Translations under genes and position numbers: made by a program | Notes under the pieces: generated by a model | Told to the model about the DNA's origin: nothing | Seen by the model: the letters and a program-made list of their open reading frames with translations, nothing else | Database searches by the model: none | Shown: piece after piece, positions 42,252 through 53,905 of the stretch | How positions within the stretch are numbered: the first letter of the stretch is position 1 | Layout of the letters: each line of letters starts with the position of its first letter | Source: an uncultured Pseudobdellovibrionaceae bacterium | Lineage (GTDB): Bacteria; Bdellovibrionota; Bdellovibrionia; Bdellovibrionales; UBA1609 | DNA: 64,000 bases | Assembly (NCBI GenBank): GCA_963803705.1 | Contig: CAWDNU010000004.1 | Span: forward strand, 576,001 to 640,000 | Direction of reading: 5' to 3'

Positions 42252-43013
42252 CTATTTTCCAAGGCTTAAAATTTGGGTGGTGTAAAGACGGCCACCTTCC
42301 GGTTGATCGCGATACTCTAAAACTACAACCTGACCCTGGCGGATTTTTTTTATCACCCCATTATTTCTTCCTACAGAATCGTTTTCATGAATGACGTATA
42401 CAGTTCCGGTGGGATCTTTGATCAGGGCTTTAGCCTTGGTTTTGGTGCTAATTAAAATTGCTGTTAACGTGAGTGCCGACAGTTCATATTTCATTAATCC
42501 AGCGCGCACTATCTGTTCTTCGGTTAGCACAACTTCATCATCACCTTGATAAACTGGCTCAGCGTTTTTTAGCTTAGGCTCGAACGGGTCACTACGGCCT
42601 CTTTCGTCGTAGATAAATGATGGAAAATAGTCTTGCTCACCAGTCATACTGTCCGGATTTAAATCACGTATTTGATTAGACAGACTTTTGGGGTTTTGAT
42701 CTTGGGGCAGGACACCATTATCGAATGAGTTTAGGCCTTGATCACTGGGCAACGGAGGTGCACCTTCCATAATGCCTTCAGTTGGAGTGCTGTCGTCTGG
42801 ATAGTCCTCCGAGTCCTCTTCCGAGGGTGACTTCTCATCTTCTGAATCATCAGAAATCTCATCAGAATCTTCTTCGTTTATGTCTTCACTAGTTGATGCC
42901 GGTGGGTCGAAAGAATTTTTGTCTAAGCCATCACTTTGAGCAAAAGCTGAGGTAGCAATGCCAATCGACAAACAGATCAAAATTACAGCTAGATACTGAC
43001 TATTTAACTTCAT
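42252..43013 (-). CDS. pilP: Type IV pilus assembly protein PilP with acidic N-terminal region
   Basis: YDERGRSDPF, LTLTAIL, ALIKDPTG, VGRNNGVIKKI; between pilO and pilQ. Confidence 0.82.
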   Translation of the reverse strand: MKLNSQYLAVILICLSIGIATSAFAQSDGLDKNSFDPPASTSEDINEEDSDEISDDSEDEKSPSEEDSEDYPDDSTPTEGIMEGAPPLPSDQGLNSFDNGVLPQDQNPKSLSNQIRDLNPDSMTGEQDYFPSFIYDERGRSDPFEPKLKNAEPVYQGDDEVVLTEEQIVRAGLMKYELSALTLTAILISTKTKAKALIKDPTGTVYVIHENDSVGRNNGVIKKIRQGQVVVLEYRDQPEGGRLYTTQILSLGK

Positions 43014-43690
43014 TGAGCCACCGCCGCGCCTTCAGCAGGTGGGGGAGCAGGAGCCAAAGCATCTGCATTAACGTCTTTAATAATTTCATAAGTTTCAAAG
43101 TCCGCCGAAAAATTAAGCTTGACGTTGGCTCTTCTTTTGACAATCTGATTCAAATCTTGGCCACTTTTTAGTTGAATTTCTTTTAGTGAAATAATTCGAT
43201 CAGTCCGAGATAAGTAGGATAGAAATCTCATAAGCTCAATGAAAGTCCCTGAAAAGTTAGCTTCAATAATACTTCTTTTAATATAAGCATCAGCACTAGG
43301 CTGAGGCACTGTACCAGCTGGCAGCGGAGCCACATAATCAGGTTGGTTATCTATAGCCCTCAAAGATGTGAATGAAATCCCAGTGGCACGGGCTTCTTCG
43401 GAAATTATCTGTTCAATATTTTTTGCATTTGGAGGCACAATAAAATAAGTGGACAAAGCTTTGATCTCTTTTTTAATAAGTTCAAGGTTAGCCTTAACCT
43501 GGTCACCTTCTGCAATAGCCCGATCCAAACTTTTGATTTCGCCATCAAGAGCTATTAGTTGCTGCTCAAAATTAGAAATTACGGCCAACTCATTTGGAGG
43601 CTTAAAATAAAAAACATAATAAAGAATAGGTAAGCCTATTGCGATAGCCAGCACATACTTAATGCTAAGATTGCGTATGCTATCCTCCAC
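43010..43690 (-). CDS. pilO: Type IV pilus assembly protein PilO
   Basis: N-terminal TM, coiled coil, GTFIELMRFLSYLSRTDRII. Confidence 0.82.
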   Translation of the reverse strand: MEDSIRNLSIKYVLAIAIGLPILYYVFYFKPPNELAVISNFEQQLIALDGEIKSLDRAIAEGDQVKANLELIKKEIKALSTYFIVPPNAKNIEQIISEEARATGISFTSLRAIDNQPDYVAPLPAGTVPQPSADAYIKRSIIEANFSGTFIELMRFLSYLSRTDRIISLKEIQLKSGQDLNQIVKRRANVKLNFSADFETYEIIKDVNADALAPAPPPAEGAAVAQ

Positions 43691-44318
43691 GGCGCGCCTC
43701 GGCGTTAAAGTTGGCTTTCATTTTAAACGAAGTTACAGAATCCCCGTTCTGCGTTTTTTCTTCAATCGAATTATAAATTAGAATATTCCTAAAATAGGCA
43801 CTATCTTCAAAGTTTTTTTGAAAGACAGTTAACGCCTTATCTGACACTGAGTAACCTGCCACGTCTATCCGAGTACGATCTAAATCTACGCTGGTGACCC
43901 AAATCTGTGTCGGTAATAAATCTTGCAACTGATCTAAAATTTTAATTCCATGCAGTTTCTCGTAACTAATTTTTTTAAATTCGTCTAAGATAGGCTTTCT
44001 GTAGTCGTACTCTGTTTTGAGTAGACTTAAAGCATCAACTATGGTTTTTTTCTCGTCGCGAATTGTCTGCGTTCTCTGCACCTCTTCGGTAATTCGGCTT
44101 ACTTTAACTTGCGCATCCTTTTTAATTTTCATCTCATAGAAATAAAACAGAGCAACAGGAATCACTATTATCAATAGCTTTATCGCTGGTCCCACCTCTG
44201 GCTCGGCAAAGTTATCTCCGATAGATAAAATGTCTTTATAGCCTCGGTGACTTGTATTTTCTATTGCCCCGGTGTGGGCCTGATCAGTTTTATCTTTAAG
44301 TAGGTTGACCTTAATCAT
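43680..44318 (-). CDS. pilN: Type IV pilus assembly protein PilN
   Basis: MIKVNLL motif from ATG 44318, TM, coiled coil, LPTQIWVTS. Confidence 0.85.
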   Translation of the reverse strand: MIKVNLLKDKTDQAHTGAIENTSHRGYKDILSIGDNFAEPEVGPAIKLLIIVIPVALFYFYEMKIKKDAQVKVSRITEEVQRTQTIRDEKKTIVDALSLLKTEYDYRKPILDEFKKISYEKLHGIKILDQLQDLLPTQIWVTSVDLDRTRIDVAGYSVSDKALTVFQKNFEDSAYFRNILIYNSIEEKTQNGDSVTSFKMKANFNAEARRGG

Positions 44319-45357
44319 CGTCACCCTCACGTCTTAAAGCGAGACCCATCGACACTGCTCCAGTTTTTTGGAATGTCTGTACATCTTCAATGGATGGTGA
44401 TGCTTGGAGGTTTCTCATTGGATTAAGAAACTCGCAGGGGATATCTAGAGTTTGCTGTAGAACTTCGAGCAGGCCAGCTGCGTATGCTGCCTTACCTGTT
44501 AAAAAGATGTTTGTAATATTAACGCCTTGAGTTGTATTTATGAAGAACTCGAAACTTCCTTGGATCTGATCGGCTATGGTTGCAAAGCTAACTTCAATAG
44601 CTTTTGCAACCTCGTCTGGCACATTTGCACCAAGTTTAAACCTCTCGGCCTCTTCATATGAAATGTCCATGGCACTCTGTATTTCTTGATTTATGAGGAC
44701 GCCACCTACCGGCAAGTCTCTGCAAAATACTACGTCCCCGCTTTGAACCACAACGAAGTGAGAGTAAAAAGCACCGATATCGATTAAGGCAACAGCTTGG
44801 CCTTGAATCTTTCCGTAGTTGAAAGCAAAGCAATTAGCTAGTGCGAAGCCATTTACATCAACAGTAGAAACTTTAAAATTTCCCGCAGAGCTCACCACAT
44901 CCACCAAAGATTGGATTTGATCTTTCTGTGCAGCTACAATCAATATGTCGTTTGAATCATCGCCAGATTCTGATGATTCTAAGACTACATAATCCAAATT
45001 CACTGAGCTTAAATCAAAAGGAATATATTGCTCAGCCTCCCATCTAACTTGGTCAGCAATAAGCTGATTTTCAATTTTGGGTATGGTTACTTTTTTCACC
45101 ATTACCGAGGAGCCAGAAAGGCCCACTACGACCTCGCATTTTTTTAACTTCAATGACTTGAATAACCTGATAAGTGTTTCAAGCAATGCCTCTGGAGGAA
45201 GAGTCTCACCAGAGCTCAGGCTATTACCGATTATAGGTTCCTCGATATATTTAACAAGCTGGCTTGCAGATTGGGTTACCTTAACTACGGATGCTCGAAT
45301 TGAGCTTGCGCCAATATCTAGTCCAACTATTAATTTACTAGAACCGAATAAAGCCAA
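44311..45357 (-). CDS. pilM: Type IV pilus assembly protein PilM
   Basis: VGLDIGASSI, WEAEQYIPF, LIDIGA, GLALR. Confidence 0.92.
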   Translation of the reverse strand: MALFGSSKLIVGLDIGASSIRASVVKVTQSASQLVKYIEEPIIGNSLSSGETLPPEALLETLIRLFKSLKLKKCEVVVGLSGSSVMVKKVTIPKIENQLIADQVRWEAEQYIPFDLSSVNLDYVVLESSESGDDSNDILIVAAQKDQIQSLVDVVSSAGNFKVSTVDVNGFALANCFAFNYGKIQGQAVALIDIGAFYSHFVVVQSGDVVFCRDLPVGGVLINQEIQSAMDISYEEAERFKLGANVPDEVAKAIEVSFATIADQIQGSFEFFINTTQGVNITNIFLTGKAAYAAGLLEVLQQTLDIPCEFLNPMRNLQASPSIEDVQTFQKTGAVSMGLALRREGDDD

Positions 45358-45499
45358 AGTGTTGTGTTCCTCAAAAGTTGCTTGTCAAATTAAACTCTTA
45401 CTCAATTTAAATTACATCGAACTAGACTAAAAGTGTCAAAGGTCTTCAGTAGTAACAACTGTATCACATCCCAGACTAAGATCACAATTGAGGTCTAGA

Positions 45500-46243
45500 T
45501 TAGAAGTTCAAGAAGAAGTACACATAACCTGAAAATATCAGAAAAGGCCCAAATGGAATAACAAAAGTTTTTGAGTTCTTTCCTTTGAAAATCAAAAAGT
45601 ACGCACCAACAACTGTTCCAGCTACACTCGATGAGAATAAGATAAAAGAAATGCTCTTGAAACCAAGTAAAGCTCCAAGCCAAGCAAGTAACTTTATGTC
45701 ACCACCGCCCATGCCATCAACGCCTCTCCATTTTTTGTATGAGTAAGCAAGTAGCCACAATAGTCCTCCCCCCAGTAGAGCACCTACGAAAGATTCGGTG
45801 TAATTGGGGTTAGAATTGATTAATGATATTAACAATGCCAGAGCAATACCAGGCAGGGTCATAACGTCGGGCAAATACATATGCTTCAGATCAATAAAGA
45901 AACATGGCACAGCCAGTGCAGTGAAAATCATCATATTTAAGGTGGTAAGGCTTAATCCTGATTTGTAGAATACTGCAGCAAAAATCAACCCAGTAAGTAA
46001 CTCTACCAAAGGATAGACAATCGAAATTGCAGCTTTACACTCTGCACACTTTCCCCTTAAAAAAATCCAAGAGATAACCGGTATATTTTGGTAGGGCTTT
46101 ATCGGAGCTTCGCAAGTTGGGCATCTGCTTCTAGGTTTTACAAAGCTTTGCTCCTTTGGCCAACGATAAATCACCACATTAGCAAAACTACCGAAACAGA
46201 CTCCGATGACAAACGAAAAAGAAAGATATAAGTAATCAACCAT
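45500..46243 (-). CDS. pilD: Prepilin peptidase
   Basis: GSFANVVIYR, RSRCPTC, GKCAEC, YPLVEL, GMGGGDIKL, IPFGPFL. Confidence 0.93.
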   Translation of the reverse strand: MVDYLYLSFSFVIGVCFGSFANVVIYRWPKEQSFVKPRSRCPTCEAPIKPYQNIPVISWIFLRGKCAECKAAISIVYPLVELLTGLIFAAVFYKSGLSLTTLNMMIFTALAVPCFFIDLKHMYLPDVMTLPGIALALLISLINSNPNYTESFVGALLGGGLLWLLAYSYKKWRGVDGMGGGDIKLLAWLGALLGFKSISFILFSSSVAGTVVGAYFLIFKGKNSKTFVIPFGPFLIFSGYVYFFLNF

Positions 46244-46311
46244 TGTAAGTAGACTACTTCAATCTTGAACAATTTGAAAATGAAAAACAATTACGTTCTA
46301 GAGATAGAGCT

Positions 46312-47082
46312 CTATCCTAAATCTTTTTTGTTAAACACAACAATTCCAAGACATAAAAATATTATGACCCAGCATAAGCCGTAGGCCAAAGAAAACAGAT
46401 AGACTTGAGGCTCGGACCATTCACCATAAGTTAAATGAGATTTCCAGTTTAAACTTTCTAAATTTGGTATGACCCAAGAAATGAATGGGCCGATTGTTTT
46501 AAGCCATGGACCTGAATTTTCCTTTATCAAGTACTCCAAAGTTTGCACCCAATGAGTTGTCAGAAAGAAGCAAAAAGATAAACCTGTGGTTAGCAAAGAT
46601 GAAGTTAAGAGAGATATCAGAAGAGCAAAGGAAAACAAAACCAGGGCCTCTACAAAAATTCCGCTAAATGGAATAAGTATTTTTAAAGACCACTCTAAAC
46701 CTGTCAAAAAAGATGTCAGAAAAAAAAAGCCACTTAAAATTCCTAAAGTGACTGACAAACTAAAGACAAATCCAATGAACTTAGATAGTAAATACTGGCT
46801 TCTAGTTATATCTTTAGATAAAAATATAAAAGCCGTTTGGTTTTCTAGTTCCTCTTTTAACAATGATGCTCCTGACAAAACAGCTAGAAAAATTGCACCT
46901 ACTTGAGCTCCTGCTAACCCAAAATTAATAGAAAGTCTTTTTTCTTCTTCAAATCCTAATGGACCAAGAAGCAAACTTAACAAGGTTAATAAAGCGCCTA
47001 TGCTTAAGCCCACAAAATAGATTTTTTTGTGAGACAAACTCATAAAAGTAAAGTGGCTTAAGCTAAGTAGTTGAGACCGCAT
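46312..47082 (-). CDS. ABC transporter permease (PilI-like)
   Basis: Multi-TM, LSKDITRSQYLLSKFIG, IPNLE, FNKKDL; next to ATPase and pilD. Confidence 0.75.
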   Translation of the reverse strand: MRSQLLSLSHFTFMSLSHKKIYFVGLSIGALLTLLSLLLGPLGFEEEKRLSINFGLAGAQVGAIFLAVLSGASLLKEELENQTAFIFLSKDITRSQYLLSKFIGFVFSLSVTLGILSGFFFLTSFLTGLEWSLKILIPFSGIFVEALVLFSFALLISLLTSSLLTTGLSFCFFLTTHWVQTLEYLIKENSGPWLKTIGPFISWVIPNLESLNWKSHLTYGEWSEPQVYLFSLAYGLCWVIIFLCLGIVVFNKKDLG

Positions 47083-47938
47083 TATTACCTTCCAATAGCA
47101 TTTTATAAATATCTGTTAACTCTTGATTATCAGGCCGCAAGTTCCATACACGGTGACCTTGATCCAACAAAGATTTAAGAGTTGGGCTAAGCTCTGACTC
47201 TTGCACCTTAAGGCTTAAAAGTTCGCCGGTGCTGGCCGACTTATAATCTAAACTAAAAGTTGTGGTTTTAAGTAAGCTTCGAACGTCTCCTTTGTATAAG
47301 ACTTTGCCGGCTTTAATAACAACTAAATAATCACAAACTTTTTGTACATCTTCCAACAAATGGCTGGTCAAAAAAATACTCTTTCCTTTTTTTGCATAAG
47401 CCTTTAAAATCTGCACCGAGTTGATACGACTGTCTGGATCTAAACCGTTGAAAGGCTCGTCTAAAACCAGCAATTCAGGTTCTGACAGTAAAGCCTGTGC
47501 AAGAGCCAGACGTTGATTCATACCTTTGGAAAATCCACCGCAGGGCCTATCTTTGGCATAAAGTAAATCCACCATAGTTAGAGTCTCTTCAATTTTTTCT
47601 TTTTTGAAATTTTTGGATATTGCGCCAACGAACCCAAGTAACTCAATCGGAGTCAAAAAACCTGGAAAGCTTGGCTTTTCCGGCACGAAACCAACTCTAG
47701 ATCTGGCCTGGCTATACTTAAGATTTTCAAAGAAAAGAACATTTCCTGAAGTAGGCCTTACTAAATCTGTGGCAATTTTAATAAACGTGGATTTACCAGA
47801 ACCATTAGGACCAAGAAAGCATGTGACCGAGCCCTTAGGAATTTCGAAGCTAACGCCTTTTAAGGCCTCAACTTTTGCCGCTTTTAGCCCTACATAGTAA
47901 TCTTTTTTAACGTCTTCAACACGTATTACTGATTCCAT
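47063..47938 (-). CDS. ABC transporter ATP-binding protein (PilH-like)
   Basis: GPNGSGKST, FSKGMNQR, LDEPFNGLDP. Confidence 0.85.
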   Translation of the reverse strand: MESVIRVEDVKKDYYVGLKAAKVEALKGVSFEIPKGSVTCFLGPNGSGKSTFIKIATDLVRPTSGNVLFFENLKYSQARSRVGFVPEKPSFPGFLTPIELLGFVGAISKNFKKEKIEETLTMVDLLYAKDRPCGGFSKGMNQRLALAQALLSEPELLVLDEPFNGLDPDSRINSVQILKAYAKKGKSIFLTSHLLEDVQKVCDYLVVIKAGKVLYKGDVRSLLKTTTFSLDYKSASTGELLSLKVQESELSPTLKSLLDQGHRVWNLRPDNQELTDIYKMLLEGNNAVSTT

Positions 47939-47971
47939 GAACTCACCTTAAGTTTCAATACCACTTCAGAA

Positions 47972-50900
47972 TTAAAGCTCTATTGCTTTTTGAAGCGGGT
48001 ATACATTCAATAGTCCCCTCTTTTGATTTTCCAAGGCAAGAAAAAAAGCTTCAGCAGCATCACTTTCTGTCAAACATGGTATGGAATAATCGATGCAACT
48101 CCTTCGAATGCCAAAGCTAGCATCGATAGACTGCTTTCCTGATGTGGTATTGATCACTAAAGCAACGTCTCCAGAGCGAATGCGATCGACGCAATGCGGA
48201 CGACCTTCATGAACTTTTTTAACCTTTAGGCAATCAATACCTTGGGCATTTAAAAAATCAGCAGTCCCACCGGTTGCACTAAATGTAAATCCCATTTTAC
48301 TGAAGTTTTTTATACTTGTAAGTAAATTTTCTTTGTCTTTGTTTCTTAAGCTTAAAAATATCTCGCCAGAATTCGGGAAAACAATCCCCGTTGAAAGCAT
48401 AGCTTTCAGCAAAGCCTCGTCGTAGGTTTCACCTCGACCCATGCTTTCTCCAGTTGATTTCATTTCCGGTCCCAAAATCGAGTCTGCATTTGGGAACTTT
48501 TTAAACGGAAAGCTAACCCCCTTTACAGAAACTTTATCTACATCTTTCCAATTGTATTTCTTAGGATCCACATTTATATCCAACATAGCTCGCAAACCCA
48601 GATCAATTAAAGGAATCCGGGTGGCCTTTGCTATGAAAGGTATAGTTCTAGAGCTTCTGGGATTTGCTTCGATCACATAGATCTGGTCGTCTTTTACAGC
48701 CAACTGTAAGTTTAGGAAACCTTTTACATCCATTTTGTCGGCGATTTTCAAACTGATCTCTTCAATTAAATCTTGGGTAGCAGGCTTAAGTCTTTGAGGT
48801 GGTAGCACTCCCATACTATCACCACTATGCACACCTGCAGCCTCTATATGCTCAATGACTCCGCCAATTAGCCTCCAGTTTCGACACCTGACCAAATCTA
48901 CATCAATTTCTAATGCATTTTCTAAAAACTGATCCAGCAGACATGGGGCTATATGACTGATATCACTACTATATTTTTTAAAATAATTGCTTAGTTCGTC
49001 TTCATTTTCGACAATCTCCATGCGTCGACCGCCTAAGACATAACTTGGTCGAACCATTACTGGAAAGCTGATACTTTGAGTTGCTTTTAAAGCTTCTTCG
49101 ATCGAAGAGACCATTGCAGCTTTAGGTATTTTAGCGTCACAAGATTCAACTATTTTCACGAACTGAGCGCGATCTTCTGCTAAGTCTATAGTTGCTAACG
49201 AAGATCCAAGAACTTCAAACCCAGCATCTTGTAAGAATGGAGCAAGCTTTAGTGGAGTCTGCCCACCAAGCTGACAAATAAAACTTTTAGGCTGGACGAG
49301 CTCACAAACTGCAATTACATATTCTGGCGTTAAGGGTTCAAAGAACAAAAAGTCAGAAGTGTCGTAATCCGTCGACACGGTCTCTGGGTTGGAATTTATC
49401 ATAACGACTTCGTAGCCCAAAGACTTAAGAGCCTTTACGCCTCTGACACAACCATAATCAAACTCTATACCCTGACCGATTCTATTTGGACCACTTCCTA
49501 GAATTACAATCTTTTCTTTTTCAGTTTTATTAAAGCAACTAAGGTCTTGCTTACCAGAGCCCCAATAGGTCGAATAAAAATAAGGAGTTTCAGAAGCAAA
49601 TTCGCCGGCACACGTATCGACTTGAAAAAAATAAGGTTTGATATTTTTTTTCAATCTCTTTGCTTTTATTTCTGTCTCTGGAAGCTCAACAAGTTCTGCG
49701 ATAGAGTGGTCGGTGAAGGCAAAGCGCTTAGCATTCAAAAGCACGTCTGATAGCTGTGAAGATTTTATCACCTCTTCAAATTTCACTAAAGTTTCAAACT
49801 GTTCTAAGAACCACGGATGAATTTGAGTGAGCTCGTGAATTTCCTCTAACGAAACGCCGCTTCGGAATGCTTCAAAAAGGTGGATCATTCTTTTGCTGTT
49901 AGGATAACTTAATTTACTTTTGTCTAATGTCACAAGGGACTTCGAACTATGCTCTTTTTCAAGAGATTGAAATGCTTTATTGAAGGACTCTTTGAAGGTA
50001 CGACCGATGCCCATAACTTCGCCGACACTCTTCATTTGGGTGGTCAGCAAATCTTCAGATCCAGAAAACTTTTCAAAATCAAACCTTGGAATTTTAACAA
50101 CCACATAATCTAGCGCTGGCTCGTAGCAAGAAGGAGTGGTTCCTGTGATGTCATTTCTAAGCTCGTCCAAGGTTTTGCCAATTGCCAGTAAAGCAGCAAT
50201 TTTTGCAATCGGAAAACCTGTGGCCTTGCTTGCAAGCGCAGAGGATCTACTAACCCTGGGATTCATCTCTATCACTACTCTTTGTCTGGTCACTGGGTGC
50301 ACAGCAAATTGAATATTTGAGCCCCCAGTTTGAATCCCCACTTCAGCTATAATTTCCTGGGCCTCATCGCGCATCTCTTGATACTCTTGATCAGTCAAAG
50401 TCTGTTGTGGCGCAACAGTTATGCTGTCTCCAGTATGCACTCCACACGGGTCCACATTTTCTATTGAACATATAACTACAAAGGTTCCGTTGCAGTCTCG
50501 CATAACCTCTAGCTCGTATTCAGACCAACCCAATAAACTTTTTTCAACCAAAACTTCCGATGTAGGGCTTTCATGTAATGCATTAGCAAGCTTTTCTTTG
50601 TACTCTTCAACGGAGTAAGCGACTCCACCACCCCCGCCGCCAAGGGTGTAATTAGGCCTCAGAATAATTGGGAATTCAAAATCTTCGATCTCTTGCATAC
50701 CTTGCTCGAAGGTGCTCACTTGCACACTTTGTGCTTTTTTTGCACCTACTTTTTCTAAGACTTTGTTAAACTGTTCACGATCTTCTGCTTTCTGAATTGC
50801 GACCGGATCTGCACCCAACATCTCGATCCCTAATTTTTCAAAGATGCCATCAGCGTGAAGCTCTAAGGCTAGGTTTAGTGCTGTCTGACCGCCTAACGTA

Positions 50901-51169
50901 GGTATTACTGCTTGTGGTTTTTCATTTTCTAAGATTTTAATTAAATATTTCTTTTTCAAAGGTTCTACATAAACTTTTGAGGCTACATCTGGATCTGTCA
51001 TAATAGTGGCTGGATTTGAATTCACCAATACCACTTCGATCCCAAGTTGAGTAAGTGCTTTACAAGCTTGTGTGCCGGAGTAATCAAACTCACAAGCTTG
51101 ACCGATCACAATGGGACCACTTCCAATGATCAGGACTTTCTTATATTTGTGCTCAACATTTTGGTTCAT
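47972..51169 (-). CDS. carB: Carbamoyl-phosphate synthase large subunit
   Basis: [60 protein letters not shown]. Confidence 0.97.
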   Translation of the reverse strand: MNQNVEHKYKKVLIIGSGPIVIGQACEFDYSGTQACKALTQLGIEVVLVNSNPATIMTDPDVASKVYVEPLKKKYLIKILENEKPQAVIPTLGGQTALNLALELHADGIFEKLGIEMLGADPVAIQKAEDREQFNKVLEKVGAKKAQSVQVSTFEQGMQEIEDFEFPIILRPNYTLGGGGGGVAYSVEEYKEKLANALHESPTSEVLVEKSLLGWSEYELEVMRDCNGTFVVICSIENVDPCGVHTGDSITVAPQQTLTDQEYQEMRDEAQEIIAEVGIQTGGSNIQFAVHPVTRQRVVIEMNPRVSRSSALASKATGFPIAKIAALLAIGKTLDELRNDITGTTPSCYEPALDYVVVKIPRFDFEKFSGSEDLLTTQMKSVGEVMGIGRTFKESFNKAFQSLEKEHSSKSLVTLDKSKLSYPNSKRMIHLFEAFRSGVSLEEIHELTQIHPWFLEQFETLVKFEEVIKSSQLSDVLLNAKRFAFTDHSIAELVELPETEIKAKRLKKNIKPYFFQVDTCAGEFASETPYFYSTYWGSGKQDLSCFNKTEKEKIVILGSGPNRIGQGIEFDYGCVRGVKALKSLGYEVVMINSNPETVSTDYDTSDFLFFEPLTPEYVIAVCELVQPKSFICQLGGQTPLKLAPFLQDAGFEVLGSSLATIDLAEDRAQFVKIVESCDAKIPKAAMVSSIEEALKATQSISFPVMVRPSYVLGGRRMEIVENEDELSNYFKKYSSDISHIAPCLLDQFLENALEIDVDLVRCRNWRLIGGVIEHIEAAGVHSGDSMGVLPPQRLKPATQDLIEEISLKIADKMDVKGFLNLQLAVKDDQIYVIEANPRSSRTIPFIAKATRIPLIDLGLRAMLDINVDPKKYNWKDVDKVSVKGVSFPFKKFPNADSILGPEMKSTGESMGRGETYDEALLKAMLSTGIVFPNSGEIFLSLRNKDKENLLTSIKNFSKMGFTFSATGGTADFLNAQGIDCLKVKKVHEGRPHCVDRIRSGDVALVINTTSGKQSIDASFGIRRSCIDYSIPCLTESDAAEAFFLALENQKRGLLNVYPLQKAIEL

Positions 51170-51852
51170 GGACTTACCTGTGGTTTACGTTCGAATAGTG
51201 GTTCGTCAGAGTAAATTTTTTGTATATTTACTTGCCTGAATCTTAGCGCTCGATAGTACATCTTAAAAATGTTTTCTAAAAACTTAAATTTAATTTCTTC
51301 TTTTAAATCTAAATTCTTTTCTTTTCTAAGTAGCTTAATTTTCTTGTCGATATACTTTCTAGCTAGCGGGGGATGGACGACTAAACTTCCACCAAAGTAA
51401 CGTTTACCTTCAAGATGGTAAACTCGAGTTTGGATATAGTCATTCTTTTCCAGAATAAGTTGAACGTTCTGATCAAAAATATAGTGCTTAGTTCGAAGTA
51501 TTAAATCGCGCACTTTTATCTGATCCTTGTAAGATTTGATATGTTGAAAGATGCTTAAGTAAGACTGATCGATCGCTTTCATTATGGGCTCTGGAAGATT
51601 AACTATTGACCTGAAAGAGTCCGATGCCATCATTTTTTTTGGCGACAGATCGCCACTGTCTATGTCTCCGGGGTACAAAAACAAAAACCAATCCCTGAAC
51701 TGAGACCATTTCATCTCTATGTCCAGGTTATCCTCGTCGAAAGGACCTGCAAAATCAATAAATTGAACTTTTGCTTTACCCATCATAGGAACGTATTCTG
51801 GTTTTGAAAACTCTGAAAATATTTGATCTAAATGTTCATTAAACTGAGCCAT
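51166..51852 (-). CDS. Hypothetical protein between carA and carB
   Basis: MAQFNEHL from ATG 51852; overlaps the carA stop and carB start. Confidence 0.7.
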   Translation of the reverse strand: MAQFNEHLDQIFSEFSKPEYVPMMGKAKVQFIDFAGPFDEDNLDIEMKWSQFRDWFLFLYPGDIDSGDLSPKKMMASDSFRSIVNLPEPIMKAIDQSYLSIFQHIKSYKDQIKVRDLILRTKHYIFDQNVQLILEKNDYIQTRVYHLEGKRYFGGSLVVHPPLARKYIDKKIKLLRKEKNLDLKEEIKFKFLENIFKMYYRALRFRQVNIQKIYSDEPLFERKPQVSP

Positions 51853-52921
51853 AACCAACCATATCCTTAATAAAGTAATCAAATAAATTTTCTGCATCAT
51901 GGGGCCCCGGGTGACTCTCTGGGTGAAACTGAACACTCATGCACTTCATATTTTTAGAACGGATACCGGCAATAGTTTGGTCATTTAAATTGACATGAGT
52001 TACTTCGATATCGTCTACATGCTCCCCAGTGTCTTCTACAGCATAGCCATGATTTTGCGCCGTCACGTAAACTTTACCTAAAATACTATCTTTGATTGGG
52101 TGGTTGCTACCTCGATGTCCAAACTTTAAAGAGTAAGTATTGTAACCTAATGATAGTGATAAAAGCTGATGTCCCATGCAAATACCAAATATGGGATATT
52201 TGCCTAGTAAAGATTTAATAGTGTCCAAGGCCTTGATCACGTTTTTAGGGTCACCAGGCCCGTTAGAAAGCAAAATCCCATCTGGGGACCAAGCTTCTAT
52301 AGCTTCAAAACTTATTCTTGAGGGAAACACACAGATCTCGCTACTTCTTTTTTGTAGCTCGCGAAGAATGTTCATCTTAAATCCGAAATCAAGCATCGCA
52401 ATCTTTGGACCTTTAGAGTCTGATCCTTTATATCTTGTGGGTTCCTTGACGCTCACCAAATGAGCCCAATCCTTTTCTTTCATTTTGGCCTGCTCAATCA
52501 AAGTTTTAGCTTCAGCGATGGCTTCCGATTCAGTTTTTTCTTGTACCAGTGCACCCCAAACAGTGCCTTTGTCTCTGAGTCTAAAAATTAGCTTACGTGT
52601 GTCTATCTCTGTTAGCACCGGGATCTGCTGATGGGTCAACCTGTTAAGCCATGAAGAATCCCGTTTAGAATTTTGAATCTCTAGACATACAAATCCTCGG
52701 ATATGGATTTGTGAAGACTCCCAAACTTTGTCCTCTACCCCATAGTTTCCTTGCATTGGAGCTGAGGTCACTAAAATCTGAGAAAAATAAGAGGGATCAG
52801 TTGCCATCTCTTCAAAACCAGTATGGCTTGTGTTAAAGACAATTTCCCCGGCTCGCGCGGATCCACCCATCCACATACCTTGGTACACTTCGCCAGTTTC
52901 AAGAACTAAAAAGCCATTCAT
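51839..52921 (-). CDS. carA: Carbamoyl-phosphate synthase small subunit
   Basis: GEIVFNT, TDPSY, SNGPGDP, FGICMGHQ, QNHGYAV, VQFHPE. Confidence 0.96.
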   Translation of the reverse strand: MNGFLVLETGEVYQGMWMGGSARAGEIVFNTSHTGFEEMATDPSYFSQILVTSAPMQGNYGVEDKVWESSQIHIRGFVCLEIQNSKRDSSWLNRLTHQQIPVLTEIDTRKLIFRLRDKGTVWGALVQEKTESEAIAEAKTLIEQAKMKEKDWAHLVSVKEPTRYKGSDSKGPKIAMLDFGFKMNILRELQKRSSEICVFPSRISFEAIEAWSPDGILLSNGPGDPKNVIKALDTIKSLLGKYPIFGICMGHQLLSLSLGYNTYSLKFGHRGSNHPIKDSILGKVYVTAQNHGYAVEDTGEHVDDIEVTHVNLNDQTIAGIRSKNMKCMSVQFHPESHPGPHDAENLFDYFIKDMVGYGSV

Positions 52922-53811
52922 ATAGTGCTCCAAATTTTTTTAAAAATCATAGCTCGTATATACAAGCCATTTTCTTTCTGCTTCCAAATCAATGACTGGG
53001 AGCTTTCTGGCAAGCCAGATTCAAATTCTTCTGGTCTTAAAAAGGGACCGGGATGCATAAGAAACTTTTTCTTATTCTGCAAATGCGATGATGTGATTTT
53101 GAAAGATGCCCCCAAGTCGTGTGATCCCCTTTCTTTTTGAGTCCGTAGCTTTATTATAAAATCTGCTTGTTCAGCAGCTAAGTCTAAACTTTCGATATTT
53201 TCCATCGCTTTGGAACTATGAGCCTTATCTGAACACTGTAAAACTTTGTATCCAAGTTTTTTAGACAGCTCCAGATGTGACCCCACGACTCTACTAGTTC
53301 CCGTGTCCCCTACAAATAAAACTGCCATATCTTCAAATCTTTTACCAGTTGCCTCTTTCATTGTAAAAGCATCTAAAAGGGCTTGAGTTGGGTGAAAATT
53401 TTGACCTAAGCCTGCACACACAAATGGAATTTTTGTTTGATTCATAAAAAGATCGATATCTGGGTTGGACTTGGATCTAAAAATGATCAGATCAGGCCTT
53501 AAAGCTTCAAAGACTCTAAGGGAGTCGAGTACTGACTCGCCCTTGCTTAAACTTGTAGATTCATCCATCTGGAAATGACTTATCTTTATATTTAATCTTT
53601 GGGCGGCTAGCTCGAAACTCACCCGAGTCCTTGTGCTTGCTTCAAAGAATATCTGTACAATAAGTTTGGGATCTTTTATTTGCTCAGCATCCCAGCCACT
53701 TGTTAAAACCCTATTTTTGAGTTTTTCGGTGGATTCAAAAAAATCGAGTATATCTGATGAAGGAAGATCATTAAAAGAGCAAAGTTTTTCGAACATTTCA
53801 AAGCTTGACAC
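52918..53811 (-). CDS. pyrB: Aspartate carbamoyltransferase catalytic subunit (divergent)
   Basis: FFEASTRTRVSFE, SKGES, HPTQALLD, RTQKER, MHPGP. Confidence 0.88.
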   Translation of the reverse strand: MSSFEMFEKLCSFNDLPSSDILDFFESTEKLKNRVLTSGWDAEQIKDPKLIVQIFFEASTRTRVSFELAAQRLNIKISHFQMDESTSLSKGESVLDSLRVFEALRPDLIIFRSKSNPDIDLFMNQTKIPFVCAGLGQNFHPTQALLDAFTMKEATGKRFEDMAVLFVGDTGTSRVVGSHLELSKKLGYKVLQCSDKAHSSKAMENIESLDLAAEQADFIIKLRTQKERGSHDLGASFKITSSHLQNKKKFLMHPGPFLRPEEFESGLPESSQSLIWKQKENGLYIRAMIFKKIWSTI

Positions 53812-53905
53812 TACTTACTATCCTGACCGGCGTCCAGTATTAACACCAAGATAATTAACTAATTTGATGACTTAGACTAATTAGCGAAGGCCTCAGTCAA
53901 AGAAA

